From NCBI GenBank assembly GCA_965228475.1, contig OZ245817.1, forward strand, positions 3,648,001-3,712,000: a DNA stretch of 64,000 bases, in the 5' to 3' direction. The position numbers and the translations under genes were made by a program. This DNA comes from Myxococcota bacterium (lineage in GTDB: Bacteria > Myxococcota_A > UBA9160 > JAFDDA01). The notes beneath the pieces were generated by a model. That model saw only the letters and a list, made by a program, of their open reading frames with translations, was not told where the DNA came from and ran no database searches. The first letter of the stretch is position 1, and every line of letters starts with the position of its first letter. Shown one piece after another: positions 57,177 to 64,000 of the stretch.

Positions 57177-60100
57177 CGGCCTCTCCGCGCGAGAGGAACC
57201 AGAGCTCGAAGCGCGGGGCTTCTTCGAGGGCCAGCGCCTCGCGGACGGCGCGAACGTAGACCTCGCCCTGGGCGGCGTAGCGAGCGACGCGCTCGTCGAG
57301 CGCGGCGTCGGATTCGAGGACGTCGCTCTTGTAGTCCGCGACCACGAGAGCGCCATCTTCGTCGCGGTAGACCAGATCCACGGCGCCGACGACGTACCCG
57401 AGCGCCGGGTCCTCCTCCCCGGGAGGAAGCAGGACGGGGAGTTCGCGCGCCACCACGCGGGACTCGAGCGCTCGAAAACGCTCGAAGAGCGGCGTCTCGG
57501 CGAAGGCCGCGAGGGCGGCGTTCGCTTCGGCTTCGGCGTCTCCGAACCGCGCCGGAGGTAGGAGTCCAGCGAGCGTCGCAGCCATGACGCCGCGGGCCGC
57601 GACAAGCCCTTCTTCCCGGCCGGCCCCCTCGGGCCAGCGCTCGAGCGCCGCGTGCAGCGCCGTCCCGATCGCGGCGGCGGTCTCGGCCTCGCGCCCACTT
57701 TGCCTTCGACGGACGCCGCCGTCCTCGGTCGGGAAGTTCTCCTCGCGAGCCGCGTCGCGCTCCGCTTCGTGGGAGGACGCGGCGCGGGACCGCGCGCGCT
57801 GCTCGCGCGCGCGGGACTCTTCCCGCCGGGTCGCGAGAGCGGCTGCCTCGGACCGGATCGTGGCGAGATCCGGGAGCGGGTCGCCGGCAGCGGCCGCCAC
57901 GGCGAGCGCCGCCCGGGCCGGAGCGAGGGAAGGGAAACGCCAAAGCACACCGTTCTCGGAGCGCTCGGCGGCTTCGCCGCGCCCGGCGAGTTCGGCCATC
58001 CTCGTCTCCGCGCCCGCGCGCCGCTCGGCGAGGAGCGCGGCGTGGCTCCCCGAGAGCGAATCTCCCTTGATCGCATGCTTTCCGATCAGTACGAGCCGAT
58101 TCCGCGCGCGCGTCATCGCCACGTAGAGCGTGCGGACGCGCTCCGCCTCTTCGATCTGCTGGCGCTGCTCCTCGGCCTCACCGAAGCCGAGGGTCGGCAC
58201 GCCGAAGAGCTGGTACTCGCCCCGCTGGGGACCACGGCCCACCCGGGTCTGCGGCGAGCGCCCGCCCGCCCCGCGATGGAGCTGCGGGAGATAGACGTGG
58301 TCGAAGTCGAGCCCCTTGGCCTTGTGGATGCTCATGATGCGCACGGCGTCGTCGGCGGCTTCGCGGGGGCGCGCCTCCTCCACCTCGGCCTGGTTCTCCA
58401 CGGCGAGGCGGATGCGGCGAAGAACCTCCGATACGTCACCCCCCGTCTCCTCGAGGTCGCTCTGGACGTCGCGGAAGAACTGGTCGAGGTTCGCCACGCG
58501 ATAGGGGCCGAGGTAGCGGCCGGCTTCCGTCACCTCGATCAGCGTCCGCGTCCGCAGGGCTTCGATGAAGTCGTCCGAAGCCTCGGTGTGGAGCCGACGG
58601 CGAAGCTCGGCGAGCGCTTCGACTCCCTCCCACAACAACCCCTCCCAGCCCTCGATGCGACCGAGCCCCGGCGTCTCCGGTGCGACGGCAGCCGCTGCCT
58701 CGGCGATGCACGCGCGGAGTTCCTCGAGGCGGGCGGGGATCTGCTCCGACTCTTGCCCCTGGAGCGCCGACATCTTCTCCGGGAAACCCCTCGCCCAGAG
58801 CGGCACCCAGGCCGCGTCGGGGACGCCAACGGAGGCCGAGCGAAGCCAGGCGACCAGCGCCACGTGGTCGTGCGGGTCGAGCACCGTCCGTAGCAGCGCC
58901 GACGCCTCGATCACCTCGCGCCGCTGGAAGTAGCGGCGGTCCCGCTCGACGGTGTAGGGGACGCCCGCGTCTCGCAGGGCATCGAGGTAGGCGTCGACGT
59001 TCGTCATCGCCTTGAAGAGCACGGCGACGTCCCGCCAGGCAACGCCCTCGCCGTGCAGGCGCGTCACGTCCTCGGCCAGCGCCTGGGCCTCGATCTCCGT
59101 GGCCTCCGGGGCGCGGGTCTTGCCTGGCGCAGCGCCTTCCGCATCCCAACGCCAGGAGAGCCAATGCTCGATCTCCCCCGCGCCCTCGCGCTCGGCCAGG
59201 AGTTCCTGGAAGGGCGGCTGCACGCCGGGGCGCTCGACCATGACGCCTTCCATGCAACGCCCTACCTCCGCGAGCACGGCGGGCAGCGACCGGAAGTTCC
59301 GCGTCAGGTAGAGCCGCTCGCCTCCAGCCGCCTCGACCTTCGCCACGAACGCCTCGTAGGAACGCAGGTCGGCGCTCCGCCAGCCGTAGATCGATTGCCG
59401 CGGGTCGCCAACGAGGAAGAGGCCCGGCCTCGCCTCGGGCTCTCCCTGCAGGCCGAGCGCCTCGACGATGGCGCACTGCACGTCGTCCGTGTCCTGGAAC
59501 TCGTCGACGAGGAGCTGATCGATCCCTTCGCGGACCTTGCGCGCCACGTGCGGCTTTCCCTCGACGAGCTCGCGCGCGTCCGCGAGCAGTGCCGCGAAGG
59601 TCTCGATACCCGAGGTGCGGAGCCTCGCTTCGACCTCCGCGAGCAACGGGGTGAGGGCGTGGCGCCAGGTCTCGAGGGTCGACGGGTCGACCTTCAGCAC
59701 GTTGTCGAGTAGCGGGTGAAGCGAGCGACAGGCTGCGGAGGTGGGCTCGGCTCGGTCTCCGATCGCATCCGTCTTGCCAAAGTCACCCGAGGCCCACTCG
59801 TCGATCTTGTCGACGAAGTTCTCCTTCCAGATGTCCTGCAACCCGGAGACGAACTCGGAGTCGTCGAGTCGGTCCTCGAGGAGGCTCTGGGTATCTCCGA
59901 TCGAACCGAGTGCCCCCTGGTTCTTCGCGCCGCGGAGGCCGACCAGGCGGCCCTCCTCCGCCGCGACGAAGGCGGCGCATGCCGCGCGCAGCTTCTCCCG
60001 GAACCGACCGACCCGCTCCGGACTGAACGGATCCTCCTTCAGGCAAGACGAAGGGACGCCGGCCTGGACGAAGACGAGCAGCGCCTCCTCGACGTCTTGC

Positions 60101-60714
60101 GGGTCGAAGCCGGCGGCGGCGAGGCGGGAGAGCGCCGCTTCGGGATCCGCGTAGGCCCGAGGGAGAGCGTGCTCCATGACCTCCCGAACGGCGCGGGTCA
60201 TGCCCTCTTCATCGGCATCGACCTCGAAGGCCGGATGCAGGCCCGCCTCCATCGGGGACTCCGCGAGCAACCGGCGGCAGAAGGCGTGGATCGTGCGGAC
60301 GACGAGCCGGTCTAGGGAGGAGCGCAGCACCTCGGCCCGCGCACGTCGGACCTCCTCGGACGGCAGGGCCTCGACGAAGACGGCCTGGGGATCGGCCCCC
60401 GAGGCGATCTCGCCGAGCCACTCGCCGACGCGCTGGGCCATCTCAGCCGCAGCGGCGTCGGTAAAGGTGATGGCGACGACGCGGGAGAGCGCCCGCTGGG
60501 CCACGCGGTCCGGAACCGCCTCCTCCCCACGCTCGCGCAGCCAGGCCTCGGCCTTGTCCCACCCGGGCCCGAGCGTCCACGCCACGATCCGCGCAACGAG
60601 GATGCTCGTCTTCCCGCTTCCCGCGCCGGCCTCGACGAGCAGGGGCGCAGCGAAGTCCGTCTGGGCGCGTTCCCGCACCGCGCTATCCCGGGCGCGCACC
60701 TCGGCCTCACTCAT
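57157..60714 (-). CDS. addA: AddA-like UvrD helicase/nuclease
   Basis: AGAGSGKT, VDEFQD, GDPRQSIYGWR, SIHKAKGL, LYVAMTRAR, C-terminal GAVDL...DYKSD nuclease. Confidence 0.9.
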   Translation of the reverse strand: MSEAEVRARDSAVRERAQTDFAAPLLVEAGAGSGKTSILVARIVAWTLGPGWDKAEAWLRERGEEAVPDRVAQRALSRVVAITFTDAAAAEMAQRVGEWLGEIASGADPQAVFVEALPSEEVRRARAEVLRSSLDRLVVRTIHAFCRRLLAESPMEAGLHPAFEVDADEEGMTRAVREVMEHALPRAYADPEAALSRLAAAGFDPQDVEEALLVFVQAGVPSSCLKEDPFSPERVGRFREKLRAACAAFVAAEEGRLVGLRGAKNQGALGSIGDTQSLLEDRLDDSEFVSGLQDIWKENFVDKIDEWASGDFGKTDAIGDRAEPTSAACRSLHPLLDNVLKVDPSTLETWRHALTPLLAEVEARLRTSGIETFAALLADARELVEGKPHVARKVREGIDQLLVDEFQDTDDVQCAIVEALGLQGEPEARPGLFLVGDPRQSIYGWRSADLRSYEAFVAKVEAAGGERLYLTRNFRSLPAVLAEVGRCMEGVMVERPGVQPPFQELLAEREGAGEIEHWLSWRWDAEGAAPGKTRAPEATEIEAQALAEDVTRLHGEGVAWRDVAVLFKAMTNVDAYLDALRDAGVPYTVERDRRYFQRREVIEASALLRTVLDPHDHVALVAWLRSASVGVPDAAWVPLWARGFPEKMSALQGQESEQIPARLEELRACIAEAAAAVAPETPGLGRIEGWEGLLWEGVEALAELRRRLHTEASDDFIEALRTRTLIEVTEAGRYLGPYRVANLDQFFRDVQSDLEETGGDVSEVLRRIRLAVENQAEVEEARPREAADDAVRIMSIHKAKGLDFDHVYLPQLHRGAGGRSPQTRVGRGPQRGEYQLFGVPTLGFGEAEEQRQQIEEAERVRTLYVAMTRARNRLVLIGKHAIKGDSLSGSHAALLAERRAGAETRMAELAGRGEAAERSENGVLWRFPSLAPARAALAVAAAAGDPLPDLATIRSEAAALATRREESRAREQRARSRAASSHEAERDAAREENFPTEDGGVRRRQSGREAETAAAIGTALHAALERWPEGAGREEGLVAARGVMAATLAGLLPPARFGDAEAEANAALAAFAETPLFERFRALESRVVARELPVLLPPGEEDPALGYVVGAVDLVYRDEDGALVVADYKSDVLESDAALDERVARYAAQGEVYVRAVREALALEEAPRFELWFLSRGEAVTVPPA

Positions 60715-63700
60715 CGTCGAACCCCATTCGCCAGACCCCGAGGAGCGCGTCGGCCTGGGCTCCGGCGCCGCTCGCGCCTGTCTCGGACCACTCGGACAGA
60801 CGCCGGCGGGCGCCCGAGTCGCCGCGCGCGCAGGCGATCTTCACTTCGCACCACTCACAGGTGGCCGGCTCGTCGCCGTTCTTGAGGTCGAGCAGGCGCG
60901 GTACGAAGGTGCCGGCATCGCTCGCCGCGACGACCCGACCGACCGCGCGCCGGAATGCCTCCTTCAGTGCGTCGTCCCCGGGCCCCACTTCGTAGACCCG
61001 GCTGCGATCCTCGACTTCGGGCTTCAGGAAGAGGAAGCGCCCTCGGGCACCCGGCGAAGCCTCGGAGTAGGCCGCGGCTTGGAGCGCGCTGCCCATGCGC
61101 ACCCCCTTCAGGAGGTTTTCGGCGCGCTTCTCCGGCTTGGCGCCCTTCAGCTCGACGCCCCCCGCCTTTGCGTTTCCCGTCTTGTAGTCCGTGAAGATCC
61201 TCCCGCCCGGCTCTCCGTCCACCCGGTCCGCCCGGAACCAGAGGGTCTTCGCACCGGAGGGCGTCGGGACCTCGGCGCTGCCCACGGCTTCCACGCAGGC
61301 GACGCCGACCGGTCCGTCCTCCCAATCGGTGCAGCGCGCGACGTCGAGGAACCCGAGGATGCGCTCCGCCAGGAGAGCGGCGTAGCCGGGAACGGCGATG
61401 CCTTCCTCGAAGAGCAGCTTGCGCGCCGCGTCGACGGACCAACCGCGGAGCCGCTCCTCGCTCGGCCAGGGGACCGGCTGCGCCGTGGCCGCCTCGAGCT
61501 CGCGCGGATCCTCGCCGAGCGCCTCGACGGCGATGCGTTCGAGCACGTCGTGGACCAGGCGCCCCTGCAACAGGGCACTCGCGGCGGGGAGCGCTTCGAG
61601 CGCGTCCGGCGGGCGCTCCAGGCGGAGCATGCGCGTCAGAAACGCCTGCCACGGACAGCGCGCGATGGCCTCGACCGTGGTGACCCAGAGCGCGCCGTGG
61701 CGGAGATCCTTCGCCTCCCGAGCGGGGCCGACGTGGCCGAAGTACGGGCCGAGCAAGGACTCCGGATCCGTGCGCGCCTCGAACTCCTTGCGGACACGAT
61801 CGCGCGCCGCCGCGTTCTCGCGCGAACCGCCCGCCTCGTCCACCGCCTCCGCGAGCAGCTCTCGCTGTCGCTTCGGGCTGGCGTGGAGGCCGGCGAGGAG
61901 GGCCCACTCGTGGGCCGGGCGCATCGAGTGGCCGCCTTCCGGGGACTCCGGCTCGGGCACGAAGGCGGTGGGGACGAGCTCCGTCTCCTGCTTGGGCGCA
62001 AGCAAACGATCGACCAGGGGCGAAGGCGCCTTGGCCTTGCCGTCGTCACCGAGGATCTGCCAGGAAAGCGTGACGTCGGCGCTCGCGGAGAGGAGCTGCG
62101 CAAAGAGGAAGCGTTCTTCGTCGTGACCGCGCTTCATCACCGGAAGCTCCGGGAGGATCTCCTGGAGCGGCTCGCGGACCTCGTCCGGCAGCAGCGGATC
62201 ATCGGAAACGACGCGCGGGAACTGATCGCGGTTCAGGCCCAGCACGAAGAGGTGCCCGAAGGTCCGGCCGCGTGCCTCGGCGACGTCGAGCACCTGGACA
62301 CCCCCGCCGGCGCCACCGAGCGGTTCGTGGTTGCGCTGGAAGGCCCGCTCGATCACGAGCGCAAGCTCCGCGCGAGCGAGCGCGCCCTCGGGCGGGAGCG
62401 TGCGCCCCAGGTCTTCGAGCCGGGCGACGACCTCGCGGCTCGCTTCGTCCTTCCCCCAGCCGAGCCCCTTCCGCGCGAGCGCGATGGCCCGCTCGAGCTG
62501 CTCTCCGAAGGCGGCGCTCTCCGCGGCATCCTCGAGCCCGGTGACGACTTCCCGGGCTCGACGGATCCCTTCCTCGAGCGTTCTCACGCCCAGGGACCGG
62601 CGCTCCGCAAACCGATCCGAGCCCTCCTTGCGGGGGTCGGGCTCCGGGGAAGCCTCTTCGACCCCTTCCGCCTCCGCGGAACCACCGCCGAGGCCCCGCC
62701 GCACGGGCAGGGGCAGGCGGCCCGCCCCTCGCAGGGCCTCCTCCGCATCGAGGGCGGCGAGATCCCCGAGCCGTGCCACGCCGAGGGCATGCAGCCCGAG
62801 CCGAAGATCGTCGCGTCGAACGGCATCGATGCCGCCGAGCGCGTTCACGAACCGATCGACGGGGAAGCGCTCGGCCAGGCGGAGCAGATCCACGAGCAGG
62901 GAAGCGCGGCGTCCGGCCGGCGTGAGCGGGCCGCTGAGCCCCACACCGGAGAACGGGATGCCGAAGCGTCGGAACTGGACGCGAAGTGGCGAGGCGTAGA
63001 GGTGGGGCGTCCGGGTCACGACCGCCATGTCCTCCCAGGCGGCCCCCTGCTCTCGGAGGGCGAGCAGGCGGCGCCCGACCGCGCGGACCTCGGCGTCGGT
63101 CCCGGGGGCGCGGAAGAAGCTCCGCTGGCAGGTCTGCGCGGCCCCATCGCCGTCGGCCCCGGGAAGCGTCGCGGCAAGGGGCGCGACGCGCGCTTCGAAG
63201 CGGCGGGCGAACTCCACCCCAAGGTCCGGCCGCGCCGGGTCCAGCGGGTCGGGCGGGCGATCGAGCAGGACCAGCGACGGCCGCTGGCGCACGAGCTCGC
63301 GGAGCAGGTCCGTCACCAGACCCGTCGCGTCCGCATAGCCGTGGAGCAGAACCCGCGCGGCCGGGAAACTCTCGGGGCTCTTCTCGAGCGCTTCGCGGGC
63401 CTGCCGCAGGACGTCGCCCATCCGGCCCAGACCTCGGCCGGCCAGCTCGCGGCGCACCCCCAGCGCCGTCTGTGCGACGGCGGCCGCGCGCAGCCAGGGC
63501 CCGTCCCGGCGGCCCGACGATTCGAAGAAGTCCTCCACCGCCGGCGCCGTGGCTTCGTCGAGCCCGGCGTCGAGCAGGTCCGAGACGGCCGCGGTGACGG
63601 CGCCGTAGCCGTCGACGAGTTCAGCGAGAGCCGCGAGCCCGGGCACGGCCCGCGCCGCCTGCTGCGCGAGGACCGGGAACCACTCGGCTCCACGCAGCGG

Positions 63701-63997
63701 CTTCTCCCCCGCGCGCTCGAGGATCTGCAGAGCCACCGTGTGGTGCGTCTGGACCGAGACGCCCGCGACCGCGCCGAACTCCCGAACCAGTCGGGTCGCC
63801 ACGTGGTCTCGCAGGCTGCGGGAAGGAACGACGATCACCATCGGCCGGACGAGCCGCGCCGGTTCCTTCCGGACGGCGGCGTGCCAGGCAGCGACCTCCT
63901 CGAGGAGCTTCGCCTCGACGACGCGCGCACCGCGCCCGACGAAGACGGCATCCTCGCGCGCAGGTTCCCCCATCGCCATTTCCATCTGTTCGGCCAC
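60707..63997 (-). CDS. addB: AddB-like inactive helicase / PD-(D/E)xK nuclease with Fe-S cysteines
   Basis: IVVPS, RADRVD...TDYKTG, Cys in ARCPW and CEWCEVKIAC; overlaps the addA start. Confidence 0.85.
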   Translation of the reverse strand: MAEQMEMAMGEPAREDAVFVGRGARVVEAKLLEEVAAWHAAVRKEPARLVRPMVIVVPSRSLRDHVATRLVREFGAVAGVSVQTHHTVALQILERAGEKPLRGAEWFPVLAQQAARAVPGLAALAELVDGYGAVTAAVSDLLDAGLDEATAPAVEDFFESSGRRDGPWLRAAAVAQTALGVRRELAGRGLGRMGDVLRQAREALEKSPESFPAARVLLHGYADATGLVTDLLRELVRQRPSLVLLDRPPDPLDPARPDLGVEFARRFEARVAPLAATLPGADGDGAAQTCQRSFFRAPGTDAEVRAVGRRLLALREQGAAWEDMAVVTRTPHLYASPLRVQFRRFGIPFSGVGLSGPLTPAGRRASLLVDLLRLAERFPVDRFVNALGGIDAVRRDDLRLGLHALGVARLGDLAALDAEEALRGAGRLPLPVRRGLGGGSAEAEGVEEASPEPDPRKEGSDRFAERRSLGVRTLEEGIRRAREVVTGLEDAAESAAFGEQLERAIALARKGLGWGKDEASREVVARLEDLGRTLPPEGALARAELALVIERAFQRNHEPLGGAGGGVQVLDVAEARGRTFGHLFVLGLNRDQFPRVVSDDPLLPDEVREPLQEILPELPVMKRGHDEERFLFAQLLSASADVTLSWQILGDDGKAKAPSPLVDRLLAPKQETELVPTAFVPEPESPEGGHSMRPAHEWALLAGLHASPKRQRELLAEAVDEAGGSRENAAARDRVRKEFEARTDPESLLGPYFGHVGPAREAKDLRHGALWVTTVEAIARCPWQAFLTRMLRLERPPDALEALPAASALLQGRLVHDVLERIAVEALGEDPRELEAATAQPVPWPSEERLRGWSVDAARKLLFEEGIAVPGYAALLAERILGFLDVARCTDWEDGPVGVACVEAVGSAEVPTPSGAKTLWFRADRVDGEPGGRIFTDYKTGNAKAGGVELKGAKPEKRAENLLKGVRMGSALQAAAYSEASPGARGRFLFLKPEVEDRSRVYEVGPGDDALKEAFRRAVGRVVAASDAGTFVPRLLDLKNGDEPATCEWCEVKIACARGDSGARRRLSEWSETGASGAGAQADALLGVWRMGFDDE

Positions 63998-64000
63998 GAA

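Noticed and set aside
57157..63997. Helicase-nuclease pair as a novel defence system
   Set aside because: Gene order and motifs match housekeeping AddAB recombination enzymes.

Overview
High-GC bacterial chromosomal window. The signal peptides, lipoproteins, multiheme cytochrome, secretin-like protein and AddAB suggest a diderm; a Myxococcota/Binatota-like organism is only my inference. The window is dominated by lipid/steroid-type and amide catabolic genes: acyl-CoA dehydrogenases (ACADs), CoA transferases, acyl-CoA ligases, MaoC hydratases, amidohydrolases, a Rieske oxygenase, a CYP153-like P450 and a hydantoinase/oxoprolinase pair. It also carries a lower-GC stand-alone Type IIG restriction-modification (RM) gene and addAB at the right end. 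The strongest hidden signal is a palindrome, TCTGAC-N5-GTCAGA, which I found six times, always intergenic. One copy is in front of the TetR gene and five are in front of separate catabolic operons, which suggests a dispersed ~20-gene TetR regulon for an unknown substrate. Other observations: a small secreted protein with four (F/L)NPQPEPP repeats, an orphan degenerate flagellin next to a sulfotransferase, an 8-CxxCH cytochrome/TPR lipoprotein beside a sulfatase and HupE/UreJ gene, and two genes that appear to start at CTG codons overlapping the upstream stop. I recognised no rRNA, tRNA, CRISPR array, integrase or transposase. All calls come from reading motifs by eye; no database searches were run.
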